This document shows, in pieces, positions 19,215 to 29,552 of a stretch of DNA of 64,000 nucleotides. A program made the position numbers and the translations under genes. The notes beneath the pieces are model-generated. The model searched no databases and had not been told where the DNA came from. It saw nothing but the letters and a program-made list of their open reading frames with translations. The DNA is from Thermoproteota archaeon (GTDB lineage: Archaea; Korarchaeota; Korarchaeia; Korarchaeales; Korarchaeaceae), in NCBI GenBank assembly GCA_027492205.1, contig JAOZFN010000017.1, positions 32,001-96,000 on the forward strand. Reading direction: 5' to 3'. How positions within the stretch are numbered: the first letter of the stretch is position 1; every line of letters begins with the position of its first letter.

Positions 19215-20078
19215 CTACCTCCTCCCAAAGAGGCCCCTCGGCTTGACCCAGAGGATCAGGATGAAGAGAGAGTACATCACCGCCAAGCTGGCCCTTGGAT
19301 CCCAGAACGTGATCTCCAGGGCCTCGACCATCCCCAGTATCAGGCCCGACAGGAGGACCCCGCTTACCCCTCCCAGCCCGGCCATGACGACTATTATCCA
19401 GCTTATCAGCCCCCAGGTGAGCCCGGACTCCGGGTTAACCTGCTGGAAGGTCATGATGAAGGCGGCGGCTATCCCGATTATCGCGCAGCCCAGGCCGAAG
19501 GCAAGCGCGAACATCCTCCTGACGTTGATCCCCAGGAGGGAGGCGGCCTGCATGTCGTCACTCGTGGCCCTCAGCGCGAGGCCCAGCCGGGTGTGCGTCA
19601 GGAACCAGTGGAGGGCCAGCATCGTGCCGACGCTTACCAGGGCTGCGGTCAGCCTCGATATGGGCACCACCACGGGCCCCAGGGTCACGCTCCCCCTCAG
19701 CACCTCGTACTGGAGGCCCCTTGGCTGGGCCCTCCACGCCGCCAGGGCGAGGTTCCTGAGGAGTACCATGAGCCCTATCGTGGCCGCTATCTGGGCCAGT
19801 GGGTAGGTGCCGACGATCCGGTCTATGACAAGCTTGTAGACTACTAGCCCGAAGACGAAGTAGATGGGCGCGACGATCAGGGATGTCAGGGAGCCGGGGA
19901 TCGCAAGGTAGAGGCTGATCCAGAAGACCAGGTACATAGCGATCATGACGAACTCGCCGTGGGCGAAGTTGATGATGTCCATGACGCCAAACTGCAGGGC
20001 GAGGCCCAGCGCGACGAGCGCGTAGACGCAGCCCATCAGGATTCCGTTCACTAGGTTCTGCAGGAGCAGCTCGAGCAA
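19215..20078 (-). CDS. livH: branched-chain amino acid ABC permease
   Basis: YALVALGL..INFAHGEF. Confidence 0.92.
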   Translation of the reverse strand: MLELLLQNLVNGILMGCVYALVALGLALQFGVMDIINFAHGEFVMIAMYLVFWISLYLAIPGSLTSLIVAPIYFVFGLVVYKLVIDRIVGTYPLAQIAATIGLMVLLRNLALAAWRAQPRGLQYEVLRGSVTLGPVVVPISRLTAALVSVGTMLALHWFLTHTRLGLALRATSDDMQAASLLGINVRRMFALAFGLGCAIIGIAAAFIMTFQQVNPESGLTWGLISWIIVVMAGLGGVSGVLLSGLILGMVEALEITFWDPRASLAVMYSLFILILWVKPRGLFGRR

Positions 20079-20121
20079 GCTCTCACCTCCGGAAACGGGA
20101 AAAATTGTGGGGAGGGGGGCC

Positions 20122-21459
20122 CTACGGCTTGTACCCCGGTATCGGGAAGATGGGCTCGGCCTGGGCGTACTCGAACGGGTAGACCAGGACGGGCTCCCCG
20201 TTCTGAACCTGGAGGACCACGGCCATCGCGTAGATGTTGTCTCCGTTCGGGCCGAACTTGATGTGTCCGGACGGGTAGGTCTCCGCGGCGGGCCCGCTGG
20301 TTATGTCCAGGGCCAGGAAGGCCTGCCTCAGGTTGTCGGGGTTCAGCGGGTCCTCCGGGAACATCTGGCCCGCCAGCTCGAGGGCCTCCTTGATGGTCCA
20401 GAGGGAGTAGAAGATTATCCCGCCAGCTTCCGTCGGGAGCTTCCCATACCTCTCCTGGAACTTCTGCACTATCTCCCGGTTGTACGGGGTGTTCAGGAAC
20501 GGGTTGTAGCTGTAGGTCTGGGTGAATCCCTCAACGGCCGACCCTGCCGCGCTTATGGAGTCCGGATCGCAGTAGCCGCACCCTCCTGCCCCGGCGACTA
20601 TCATGGGCTTGTAGCCCACCTCCTCCATGGTCGTGGCGATGAGCACGCCGTCGGAGAAGTAGGGCACGGAGATCACAACGTCCGGGTCGAGCTCCATGAG
20701 CCTGCTGACTATCGGGGAGGCGTCGGCTATGTCGTACGGATACTCTATCTGGTCTAGGACCGTCAGGCCGAGGCCTAGCGCCTCGTGATAGGCTCCCAGG
20801 GCCGTGTACCTCCCGAAGACCGAGTCCTCGTTGATGATGACAACCGTCTTGATATCGATCCCCTTTCTCTGGGCAGTCTCGTAAACGAAGTCCATCGCGG
20901 TCTTGCCGTGGATGGACGTCTTCGGGCAGGCCCTGAAGAAGTACTTCCAGCCCTTCTCGCTGAGGAAGTCCACGAGGGCGTCAGCCACCAGTATGACCTT
21001 CTCGCGCTCTGTCACCTCAGCCATGGCCGCCGTGTGCCTGCTGATGTAGGCGCCGATTATGATCGGCGGGTGATACTGGGAGATCAGCTTCTCCGCCGCG
21101 AGCTTCGCCCCCTCGATGCTGTCCTTGGAATCCTCCACAACCAGCTTGAGCTTGGCGCCGCCCAGGGACTTTATTCCCCCCTTGGCGTTGATGTCCTCTA
21201 TGATCAGCTCGGCGGCCTGCTTTGCCTCGATCCCGAAGATGGAGTGGGTCCCACTGAGGGGCTCCACCATCCCTATGACGATCTCCTCTATCTTGGGGGC
21301 CGGCGGTGCTGTCGTCGGGGGTGCGGTCGTCGGGGCAGGAGTTGGCGAGGGAGTTGGGGCCGGCTTCCGCATGTAGAAGGCGGCTAGGGCAACGAGGAGT
21401 ATCAGAACAATCAGGGCCCCCACGAGGATGGTTCTACCGATCCCGGGTCGCCTCCGCAT
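20122..21459 (-). CDS. ABC substrate-binding protein (LivK/LivJ type) with N-terminal anchor and Pro/Thr linker
   Basis: TM helix, PAPTPSPTP linker, PLSG, INAKGGI, YFFR. Confidence 0.9.
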   Translation of the reverse strand: MRRRPGIGRTILVGALIVLILLVALAAFYMRKPAPTPSPTPAPTTAPPTTAPPAPKIEEIVIGMVEPLSGTHSIFGIEAKQAAELIIEDINAKGGIKSLGGAKLKLVVEDSKDSIEGAKLAAEKLISQYHPPIIIGAYISRHTAAMAEVTEREKVILVADALVDFLSEKGWKYFFRACPKTSIHGKTAMDFVYETAQRKGIDIKTVVIINEDSVFGRYTALGAYHEALGLGLTVLDQIEYPYDIADASPIVSRLMELDPDVVISVPYFSDGVLIATTMEEVGYKPMIVAGAGGCGYCDPDSISAAGSAVEGFTQTYSYNPFLNTPYNREIVQKFQERYGKLPTEAGGIIFYSLWTIKEALELAGQMFPEDPLNPDNLRQAFLALDITSGPAAETYPSGHIKFGPNGDNIYAMAVVLQVQNGEPVLVYPFEYAQAEPIFPIPGYKP

Positions 21460-21610
21460 GTTGAATTTTCTTGAAGGTCAGAATCTAATAAACTTTCACG
21501 GCTATCGGAGTCCATAGTTGTCTATACGGGGTGGAATCGCCAATATTTCGATGACATTTATGACTCAAGGAGGAATTTCGGTTAAATAGATCATCCATCA
21601 GGTTCAACAG
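21460..21610 (-). promoter_or_regulatory. AT-rich promoter/regulatory region of the ABC operon
   Basis: Minus-strand GTTTATTA box ~25-30 nt upstream of ATG 21459 within an extended AT-rich stretch. Confidence 0.5.
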
Positions 21611-21785
21611 GTACACTGGTGGCGCTGTTTAGCCGGAGACAGGAAAACTGTGGGAGGGCGAACCCGGCCAGCGTCGGGTGGAAATCTCCTTGGCGCGATC
21701 CGCCGGCCTGACCGCATTTCCCGAGCAGCCCCTCGTGTGAAAGTGCGCGGGAGGTCGACCGGGGTGACAGGCCGGAGGTCGAGCC

Positions 21786-23141
21786 CTAAGCTGACCCCCT
21801 GGGTATCCAAGCCCCGCCGGGGGTCTCCCTGACGACCCGTCCCTCGCGGGCGACGACGGTCCCCCTCAGCACCGTGTAGACCACCCTGCCCCTCAGCCTC
21901 CAGCCGTTAAATGGGGTGAGTGGATGCTTGGCGTACAGCTCCTCGGCACTCACCACCCACTCCCCCCTCGGATCCACGATCGTGAGGTCCCCGTCGCTCC
22001 CGACCGCTATCTCGCCCTTCCTGGGGTGCAGCCCGAAGAGCCTGGCCGGATTCCTGGACATGAGCTCCGGTATCTTGGTTATTGGAAGCCTCCCCCTGAG
22101 CGCCGCGTCTAACATTAGGGGGAGGAACGTCTGGACGGCCGGCACGCCCGAGGCGGCCGACATGATGTCTCCAGACTTCTCCTTGGCGGAGTGAGGGGCG
22201 TGGTCGGACCCCAGGGTCTGGAGGGTCCCGTCGTTGACGGCCCTCCAGAGTTCGGTCTGGTGCCTCGCCTCCCTGACGGGCGGATTCACCTTCATCAGGG
22301 CGCCGTACCTGGGGTAGTCGCCGGCCGAAAGAAGCAGGTAGTGCGGGCAGGTCTCCCCGTGGAGGTCGACCCCGAGGGCCCTGGCCCTCCTAATCGCGTC
22401 AGCCGCCTCTGCCGCCGCCACGTGGACGATCAGGGCCCTGCCCCCGGCCCTTCGCGCAAGGAGCGCGATCCTCTGAACGGCCTCCTCCTCGCAGACCGGC
22501 GGCCTGGATCTCAGGTGTGCCAGCGGATCCCGCCCCCCCGAGGACCTGACTCTCTCGGTGAACCTCCTCACCAAGTCCCAGTTCTCCCCGTGGAACGCCA
22601 CGGTGAAGCCGAGCCTCGAGGACTTCTCAAGCGCCTCGTAGATGGCCCCGTCGCCCGGCGGGGGGATGTTCCCGGTGGTGGGACCTAGGAAGGCCTTGAA
22701 GCCCACGGCGCCCGCCTCAAGCATGCCCTCGAGTTCGTCTAGGTTCTCGTCGTGGAGGACCCCAAGCAGGGCGAAGTCCACGTGCGCCTTCCCCGACAGG
22801 AGGCTCGCCTTGCTCCTCAGCTTGCCCGGGTCCTCGACCGGTGGGAGGGTGTTGGGCATCTCCACGACCGTCGTCACGCCGCCGGCCGCGGCTGCCATCG
22901 TCCCGTGGGTGAAGTCGTCCTTGTACTCCAGCCCGGGCTCCCTCATGTGAACGTGCTCGTCGACGATGCCGGGGAGGACGAGCATTCCAGAGGCATCAAG
23001 GACCTCGTGTCCGGACGACCTGAGCCCCCTGCCCACCCGAACTATCACGCCGTCCTCGATCATGACGTCGGCCTCTCTGGCCCCCTCCGGCGTTACGAGC
23101 GTGCCCCCCCTGACCAGGAGGTCGCCGCCAGGCAATTCCAT
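21786..23141 (-). CDS. cyclic amidohydrolase (dihydroorotase/allantoinase family)
   Basis: LPGIVDEHVHMREPG, GGVTT..MPNT, ETCPHYL, KVNPP, SDHAPH. Confidence 0.92.
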   Translation of the reverse strand: MELPGGDLLVRGGTLVTPEGAREADVMIEDGVIVRVGRGLRSSGHEVLDASGMLVLPGIVDEHVHMREPGLEYKDDFTHGTMAAAAGGVTTVVEMPNTLPPVEDPGKLRSKASLLSGKAHVDFALLGVLHDENLDELEGMLEAGAVGFKAFLGPTTGNIPPPGDGAIYEALEKSSRLGFTVAFHGENWDLVRRFTERVRSSGGRDPLAHLRSRPPVCEEEAVQRIALLARRAGGRALIVHVAAAEAADAIRRARALGVDLHGETCPHYLLLSAGDYPRYGALMKVNPPVREARHQTELWRAVNDGTLQTLGSDHAPHSAKEKSGDIMSAASGVPAVQTFLPLMLDAALRGRLPITKIPELMSRNPARLFGLHPRKGEIAVGSDGDLTIVDPRGEWVVSAEELYAKHPLTPFNGWRLRGRVVYTVLRGTVVAREGRVVRETPGGAWIPRGSA

Positions 23142-23202
23142 CCCTCCGTCAGTCTATCGGAGGTGACCAAGGCTTAATTTAGAGCCTTCTCTCGATCGGC
23201 TC

Positions 23203-25608
23203 GTGAGATCTTTGAGCGCCGAGGGCCGGTTCAGGTTCGTCGGCGTGAGGGTCGGCAGGAAGGACGGGGTCCTGAAGGCCACGGGGAGGGCCACCTACGC
23301 CTACGACGTCTGGCTGCCGGGGATGCTCCACGGGCGCATTCTGAAGAGCCCCTACGCCCACGCCGAGGTCCGCGTTGACGCGACCGAGGCGGAGAGGATG
23401 GGGGCAGTCGTGCTCACCCCGAGGGACGTGCCCGACGTTCTCTTCAACCCGAGGCTGGTCAGCGTGGAGGAGGACACCTTCAAGGACTGGAGGGTCCTCA
23501 CCGACCACCCGAGGTACGTGGGCGAGCCCGTGGCCGCGGTCGCGGCGGCCTCGGAGGAGGCGGCCCAGCGCGCGCTGGAGGCCGTCAGGCTGGAGCCCGT
23601 CAGGGTGTACAGGCCCCTCCTCGACCCGTTCGAGGCCACCAGGCCGGGTTCCCCGGCCATCCACGAGAGGGTCATGAGGGGCGGGGCCTGGGTCGACGTG
23701 GAAGACAACGTCGCCTGCACCCTCGAGTACTCCGAGGGAGACGTCGACCGAGCCCTGTCGGAGGCCGACGTGGTGATAGAGAGGAGGTTCCACACCAACC
23801 GCAGGTACCACCTCCAGCCCGAGCCCAAGGTGGCGGTGAGCAGGCCGGACCCCGACGGCGGCGTCACGGTCTGGACCACGACGCAGACCGTCCACAACAC
23901 CAAGATCCTCATATCGCAGGTCTTCGGGATCCCGCAGAGCAAGGTCAGGGTGAAGAAGGTCTTCCTGGGCGGGGGGTTCGGGTCCAGCATCCACACCAAC
24001 CTCGTGACCCTGGTGGCCGTCGCCCTGAGCAGGAAGGCCAGGAGGCCCGTGAGGATGGCCCTGACGAGAGAGGAGGACATGATGCACGACCACGTCTCCT
24101 TCGAGATGCACATGAGGATCAGGGCGGGGGCGAAGAGGAACGGGAGGCTGTCAGGGGCGGAGTTCGAGAACGTCATGGACATAGGGGCCCACCAAATTCA
24201 ACCCTACCCGCTGCTGGGCACCGCGCTGGGCTGGTTCGTTTCCCTCTACAAGTGGGGGGCCATCAGGTACTTCGGGAGAGCCGTCTACACCAACAAGGTC
24301 CCGAGCTGCGCCCTCAGGGGATACGGGAACCCCCAGGTCACCTGGGCCGTCGAGACCGTCGTGGACGAGCTGGCCGAGGAGCTGGAAATGGATCCCGTGG
24401 AGTTCAGGCTGAAGAACTACGTGGGCAAGGGCGACCTGTTCTGGGGACAGGGGCCCACTGTGAAGAGCATCATCAGGAGCGACGGCGTCCCGGAGCTCAT
24501 GAGGAGGGGAGCGGAGCTCATCGGCTGGAGGAACAGGCCGAGGCCCGGGGAGCAGACCGGCAGGTACAGGCGCGGCATAGGGGTGGCCAGGGGGTTCCAC
24601 ACCTCCGGGGCCGGCGGACCCCTGTCCGGGTCGGTGATCGACTACTCCGGGGCGTTCCTCAAGGTGAACGAGGACGGGAGCGTGGACTACGTCACGGCCC
24701 TGCAGGACCACGGCGGGGGCACGCTGGACGCCCACGCCAAGATCATCGCGGAGGAGCTCTGCATCCCGCTGGAGAAGGTCAACGTGGTCTGGTCGGACAG
24801 CTCCACCACCGTCTACGACGTGTGCACCCACGCCTCCAGGGGCGTGTACGTGGGAGGGGAGGCCGCCAGGAGGGCCGCCAGGGAGGTGAAGAGGAAGATC
24901 CTGGAGTACGCGGTTAGGATCCTGAACGTCGCCGTGGGCCCCGAGGCCCTGAGGATGAGGTACGACGAGGAGTTGAAGGACGCGGTCATCTACGTGGAGG
25001 GTTCAGACGCCCAAACGACCCTAAGCGAGGTGGCCAGGACGGCTTGGCAGAGGAACTGGGGGTCCATCTCGGCGTCGGTGAGCTTCAGGGCCACCGCCGC
25101 ACCTCCAAGCTTCACCGCCTACTTCGTGGAGGTCGAGGTGGACACCGAGACGGGCAGGGTCAGGCCCGTCAGGGTCGTCGCGGGCGCCGACATAGGCACG
25201 GTGATCAACCCCGAGCTGGCGGAGGGGCAGGTGCAGGGCGGATTCGTCATGGGCTGGGGCTGGGCCGTCTTGGAGGACACGCCCTACAACCCGGAGACCG
25301 GGGCGCTGGAGAACATGGGGTTCATCACCGACTACAAGGTCCCCACCGCCGGGGACATACCGCCAATCGAGGACTTCAGGGTGATATTCGCCGACACCTA
25401 CGAGCCAACGGGCCCGTTCGGGGCCAAGGGAATAGGGGAGGCCGCCAGCAACCCCGTCGCGGCCGCCGTGGCCAACGCGATCTACGACGCCATAGGGATC
25501 AGGTTCTACGAGCTCCCGATCACCCCTGAGAGGATACTGAGGGCCCTCAGGGAGAGGGAGCGCCAGGGGCGGGAATCCGCCCAGGAGAGGGGGGGTGGCC
25601 TGAGCTGA
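23203..25608 (+). CDS. xanthine dehydrogenase-family molybdopterin-binding subunit (copy 1)
   Basis: SPYAHA, GGGFG, RGYGNPQ, EGQVQGG, GPFGAKGIGE. Confidence 0.93.
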   Translation: MRSLSAEGRFRFVGVRVGRKDGVLKATGRATYAYDVWLPGMLHGRILKSPYAHAEVRVDATEAERMGAVVLTPRDVPDVLFNPRLVSVEEDTFKDWRVLTDHPRYVGEPVAAVAAASEEAAQRALEAVRLEPVRVYRPLLDPFEATRPGSPAIHERVMRGGAWVDVEDNVACTLEYSEGDVDRALSEADVVIERRFHTNRRYHLQPEPKVAVSRPDPDGGVTVWTTTQTVHNTKILISQVFGIPQSKVRVKKVFLGGGFGSSIHTNLVTLVAVALSRKARRPVRMALTREEDMMHDHVSFEMHMRIRAGAKRNGRLSGAEFENVMDIGAHQIQPYPLLGTALGWFVSLYKWGAIRYFGRAVYTNKVPSCALRGYGNPQVTWAVETVVDELAEELEMDPVEFRLKNYVGKGDLFWGQGPTVKSIIRSDGVPELMRRGAELIGWRNRPRPGEQTGRYRRGIGVARGFHTSGAGGPLSGSVIDYSGAFLKVNEDGSVDYVTALQDHGGGTLDAHAKIIAEELCIPLEKVNVVWSDSSTTVYDVCTHASRGVYVGGEAARRAAREVKRKILEYAVRILNVAVGPEALRMRYDEELKDAVIYVEGSDAQTTLSEVARTAWQRNWGSISASVSFRATAAPPSFTAYFVEVEVDTETGRVRPVRVVAGADIGTVINPELAEGQVQGGFVMGWGWAVLEDTPYNPETGALENMGFITDYKVPTAGDIPPIEDFRVIFADTYEPTGPFGAKGIGEAASNPVAAAVANAIYDAIGIRFYELPITPERILRALRERERQGRESAQERGGGLS

Positions 25609-25655
25609 CCGAGGGAGTTAGGCCTGGGGCCGGGGGCGGTATCCGGGAGCTCCCC

Positions 25656-26555
25656 GTGAACCGGTTCAACACCCACATAATCCCGGTGGCGTTCGAGTAC
25701 CACGAGCCCAGGACGATAAGGGAGGCCCTTGAGCTGCTGGCGAGGTGGGGGGAGGACGCCAAGATACTGGCCGGGGGGACCGACCTCCTGGTGCAGATGA
25801 AGATGCGGAGGGTCGAGCCGAAGTGCCTAATCAACATCAAGGGGATCCCGGAGCTGGACTACATCAGGGAGGGGCCCACGGGCGTGAGGATAGGGGCCGC
25901 CACCCGGCTGAGGAGGCTTGAGAGGAGCGGCGCCATCAAGAGGCTCTTCCCGGCGCTGCACCGGGCGATCAGGTGGATGGCCTCGGTTCAGGTCAGGAAC
26001 ATGGCCACCATAGGGGGGAACCTGTGCAACGCCTCCCCCGCGGCCGACACCGCGCCTCCCCTGATCGTCTACGGGGCGAGGGTAAAGCTCGCCAGCGTCT
26101 CTGGCGAGAGGACCCTGCCCGTCGAGGACTTCTTCACCGGGCCGGGGCAGACGGCCATGAGGCCCGGGGAGATGCTGACGGAGATCTGGATCCCCAGGCA
26201 GCCGGAGGTGACGGGGTCGGCGTTCATCAAGGTGGCGAGGACCGCCATGGACCTGGCCAAGGTGAACGTGGCCGTCGCGCTGACCCTGAAGGGGTGGTCG
26301 GCCTTCAACGTCCGGATAGCCCTGGGCTCGGTGGCGCCAACGCCCATGAGGGCGAGGGAGGCGGAGGCCGCGCTGGAGGGGAGGCCGCCCACCGAGGACC
26401 TGCTGAGGAGGGTCGGGGAGATAGCTTCGGAGGAGATCAGGCCCATCACGGACGTCAGGTCAACCGCCGAGTACAGGCGCGAGGTCACCAAGGTCATCGT
26501 GGCGGACGCCCTCCGCGAGGCTCTCGGGATGGTGAGGGTCGGGGGTGTGGCGTAA
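25656..26555 (+). CDS. XDH/CoxM-family FAD subunit (copy 1)
   Basis: AGGTDL, ATIGGNLCNASPAAD, DVRSTAEYR. Confidence 0.93.
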   Translation: MNRFNTHIIPVAFEYHEPRTIREALELLARWGEDAKILAGGTDLLVQMKMRRVEPKCLINIKGIPELDYIREGPTGVRIGAATRLRRLERSGAIKRLFPALHRAIRWMASVQVRNMATIGGNLCNASPAADTAPPLIVYGARVKLASVSGERTLPVEDFFTGPGQTAMRPGEMLTEIWIPRQPEVTGSAFIKVARTAMDLAKVNVAVALTLKGWSAFNVRIALGSVAPTPMRAREAEAALEGRPPTEDLLRRVGEIASEEIRPITDVRSTAEYRREVTKVIVADALREALGMVRVGGVA

Positions 26556-27070
26556 TGGAGCCCAGGGTCATCAGGTTCAGGCTGAACGGGGAGTGGGTCC
26601 GGCTCAGCGTGATGCCGAACGAGCTCCTGATCAACGTGCTCAGGGAGAAGCTCCACCTCACGGGAACCAAGTACTGGTGCGGAATAGGGGAGTGCGGCGG
26701 GTGCACGGTCCTGCTGGACGGCGAGCCCGTCCTGTCGTGCCTGACCCTGGCCGTGGACGTCGACGGCAGGAAGGTCACCACCATAGAGGGCCTCGCCACC
26801 GGAGAGGACGACCTCACGCCTCTTCAGAGGGCCTTCATAGAGGAGGGGGCGATCCAGTGCGGGTTCTGCACGCCCGGCTTCATACTCACGGCTCAGGCCC
26901 TCCTGAGGGAGAACCCCAACCCCACAGAGGAGGAGATCAGGGAGTACGTCCGAGGGAACCTCTGCAGGTGCACGGGCTACGTCAGCATAATCAGGGCCGT
27001 CAAGAGGGCCGCCTCAGAGGCGGTGAAGTCCCGGAGACCTGGGCCGGCCGCCGGCGCCGCGTCGGGGTGA
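26555..27070 (+). CDS. XDH/CoxS-family 2Fe-2S subunit (copy 1)
   Basis: CGIGECGGC..SC, QCGFCTPG, CRCTGY; ATG overlaps the TAA of the FAD subunit. Confidence 0.93.
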   Translation: MEPRVIRFRLNGEWVRLSVMPNELLINVLREKLHLTGTKYWCGIGECGGCTVLLDGEPVLSCLTLAVDVDGRKVTTIEGLATGEDDLTPLQRAFIEEGAIQCGFCTPGFILTAQALLRENPNPTEEEIREYVRGNLCRCTGYVSIIRAVKRAASEAVKSRRPGPAAGAASG

Positions 27071-27108
27071 CGCGGGCCCCCGTCTCGAGGTGTGGAGAGA
27101 GTCGGGAG

Positions 27109-28044
27109 GTGCGCGAGTTGGGTCTGAAGGGTCGGGACGTGATCTCCGCCCTGGACTTCTCCAGGGCGGAGGTGGAGGAGCTCTTTCGGTTGGCCGAGAG
27201 GCTGAGGGAGGAGATCGCGGAGAGGAGAATCCTGGACTACGCCAGGGGGAGGCTGATGGCCACCGTCTTCATGGAGCCGAGCACCAGGACCAGGCTCAGC
27301 TTCACCTACGCCATGATCAGGCTGGGGGGAGCCGTGGTGGACTTCGGGCCGGAGGCCGCAACCAGCAGGGCGAAGGGGGAGAGCCTGGAGGACTCCCTGA
27401 GGATGGTCGACGGCTACGGTCCGGACGTGATCGTCCTGAGGCAGGGCACCCCGGGCATGGCCGAGAAGGTGGCAGAGGTGTGCGAGGCCCCCGTGATAAA
27501 CGCCGGGGACGGGTGGAACGAGCACCCCACTCAGGCCCTGCTGGACGTCTACACCATCTGGAGGGAGCTGGGCAGGGTCGACGGCGTGACGGTGGGCATA
27601 ATGGGGGATCTGAAGCACGGGAGGACCCCGAGCTCCCTGTCCTACATGCTCTCCCTGTTCGACGGCGTCAAGATCTGGTACATAGCCCCAGACCCCCTGC
27701 AGATCAGGCCCGAGGTCGTGGAGAGGGTAGAGGGCAGGGTCGAGTACTCCAAGACCTCCAAACTTGAGGACGTGATCGAGGAGCTCGACGTGCTCTACGT
27801 GACCAGGCTCCAGAAGGAGAGGTTCCCTGATCCGGAGGAGTACGAGAGGCTGAAGGGGAGCTACAGGGTGGACGCCGACTTCCTGAGAAAGTTCAGGAAG
27901 ATCCCGATCATAATGCACCCGCTGCCGAGGGTGTGGGAGCTCGACGAGAGCGTCGACTCCCTCCCGCAGGCCAAGTACTTCGAGCAGGCCGTCAACGGGA
28001 TGTACGTGAGGGCGGCGCTGGTCAAGGAGATCCTGGGGATCTGA
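27109..28044 (+). CDS. pyrB: aspartate carbamoyltransferase catalytic subunit
   Basis: FMEPSTRT, KGES, HPTQ, GDLKHGRT, TRLQKERF, HPLPR; GTG at 27109. Confidence 0.88.
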   Translation: MRELGLKGRDVISALDFSRAEVEELFRLAERLREEIAERRILDYARGRLMATVFMEPSTRTRLSFTYAMIRLGGAVVDFGPEAATSRAKGESLEDSLRMVDGYGPDVIVLRQGTPGMAEKVAEVCEAPVINAGDGWNEHPTQALLDVYTIWRELGRVDGVTVGIMGDLKHGRTPSSLSYMLSLFDGVKIWYIAPDPLQIRPEVVERVEGRVEYSKTSKLEDVIEELDVLYVTRLQKERFPDPEEYERLKGSYRVDADFLRKFRKIPIIMHPLPRVWELDESVDSLPQAKYFEQAVNGMYVRAALVKEILGI

Positions 28045-28185
28045 ACTCCGGCCGGCCGGTGTCTGGCCGGGGGCCCACCCCTCTCCTCAACTATTTATTG
28101 AAGCCGAGCCCGTTGTTGCCGGATCTGGGCGCCCGAGCTCGCATAGTCGGCCTCGGGCGTCTGACTAGAGGAGGGGCAGGTTGAC

Positions 28186-29058
28186 ATGCTGCCCGAGTTC
28201 GAGTATCACAGGCCAGCCTCTCTAGAGGAGGCCGTCAGGCTCCTCTCGGAGCTCGGTCCTGACGCCAAGGTGATCGCCGGGGGGACCGACCTGGTAGTGA
28301 AGATGAGGGCCGGGCTGGTGAGCCCGAGGCACGTCGTCGACCTGAGCAGGCTAACCGAGATTCGGTTCATCAGGGACGAGGGGGACCGGCTCAAGATAGG
28401 GGCCGGGACCACCCTGTGGGAGATAGAGAACTCCAGGGAAGTCGCCCGCGGGGTCCCGGTCCTCCGGGAGGCCGTCGAAGAGATGGCGAGCTGGCACGTC
28501 AAGACCACCGCCACCATAGGAGGGAACCTGTGCAACGCCTCCCCCGCGGCCGACGCCGCGCCTCCCCTGATGGTCCACGACGCCACGCTGGTCGTCGTCG
28601 GCCCGGAGGGGAGGAGAGAGGTTCCAATCGGTGAGTTCTTCACGGGACCCGGTCAGACGGTCCTGGGGGTGGGAGAGATCTTGGCGGAGGTGGTCGTCCC
28701 GAAGATGCGCCGAGGGCAGGGGGCGGCCTTCGAGAAGCTCACGGTGAGGGAGGGGGCCCTGTCAATAGCGTCCGCCGCCGCCCTAGTCGAGATCTCCGGC
28801 GGGCGCTTCGTCGACGCGAGGGTTGCGCTCGGGGCCGTGGCCCCGACGCCAATAAGAGCCCTTAAGGTCGAGAGGGCGCTTAAGGGGCGGCCGGCCACCA
28901 GGGAGATCCTGAGAAGCGCCAGCAGAGAGGCCAAGGCTGACATCAAACCGATAACCGACGTCCGGGGGTCGAGGGAGTACAGGGAAGAGATGTCGGTGGT
29001 CCTGGTGAGGCGGGCCCTTGAGAGGGCCGTCGAGAGGGCGGGGGGTGCCTGGGCTTGA
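28186..29058 (+). CDS. XDH/CoxM-family FAD subunit (copy 2)
   Basis: AGGTDL, TIGGNLCNASPAAD, DVRGSREYR. Confidence 0.93.
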   Translation: MLPEFEYHRPASLEEAVRLLSELGPDAKVIAGGTDLVVKMRAGLVSPRHVVDLSRLTEIRFIRDEGDRLKIGAGTTLWEIENSREVARGVPVLREAVEEMASWHVKTTATIGGNLCNASPAADAAPPLMVHDATLVVVGPEGRREVPIGEFFTGPGQTVLGVGEILAEVVVPKMRRGQGAAFEKLTVREGALSIASAAALVEISGGRFVDARVALGAVAPTPIRALKVERALKGRPATREILRSASREAKADIKPITDVRGSREYREEMSVVLVRRALERAVERAGGAWA

Positions 29059-29552
29059 GGGCCGGGGGAGGCGGGATCGTCGTGAGGTTCACCCTCAACG
29101 GCCGGGAGGTGGAGGTGACCACCAGGCCCAACGCCACGCTGCTGGACCTTCTGAGGAACGAGCTGAAGATCCTCAGCGTGAGGCGGGGCTGCGAGACGGG
29201 TGAGTGCGGGATGTGCACGGTGCTGGTGGACGGCCTCCCGGTAAGGTCGTGCCTGATGCTGGCCCCGCAGGTCGACGGGAGGAGCGTCACCACGGTCGAG
29301 GGCGTCGGAGACCCGGAGAGGCTGCACCCCGTTCAGGAGGCATTTGTGGAGGCCGGGGCCGTGCAGTGCGGGTTCTGCACGCCCGCCATGGTCCTCACGG
29401 CCAAGGCCCTGCTCGACCGGGATCCGAACCCGGACGAGCGCACGGTGAAGGAGGCCATCCTCGGCGTGCTCTGCAGGTGCACCGGGTACGCCAAGATAGT
29501 CAGGGCCGTGAGGCTGGCGGCCGAGAGGGTGGCGGGGGGTGTGAGGGAGTGA
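29055..29552 (+). CDS. XDH/CoxS-family 2Fe-2S subunit (copy 2)
   Basis: CETGECGMC, QCGFCTP, CRCTGY. Confidence 0.93.
   Translation: MRAGGGGIVVRFTLNGREVEVTTRPNATLLDLLRNELKILSVRRGCETGECGMCTVLVDGLPVRSCLMLAPQVDGRSVTTVEGVGDPERLHPVQEAFVEAGAVQCGFCTPAMVLTAKALLDRDPNPDERTVKEAILGVLCRCTGYAKIVRAVRLAAERVAGGVRE

Noticed and set aside
21300-21365. Short imperfect repeats in the binding-protein gene
   Set aside because: Ordinary Pro/Thr linker of archaeal solute-binding proteins
25973-28044. Apparent long N-terminal extensions or fusions on CoxS, PyrB and the second Mo subunit in the ORF track
   Set aside because: The extensions overlap upstream genes in other frames; starts at 26555, 27109 and 29549 fit family lengths
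26010-28560. Identical ~30-nt stretch shared by the two FAD subunit genes
   Set aside because: Encodes the conserved GNLCNASPAAD motif under strong codon bias; not a repeat element
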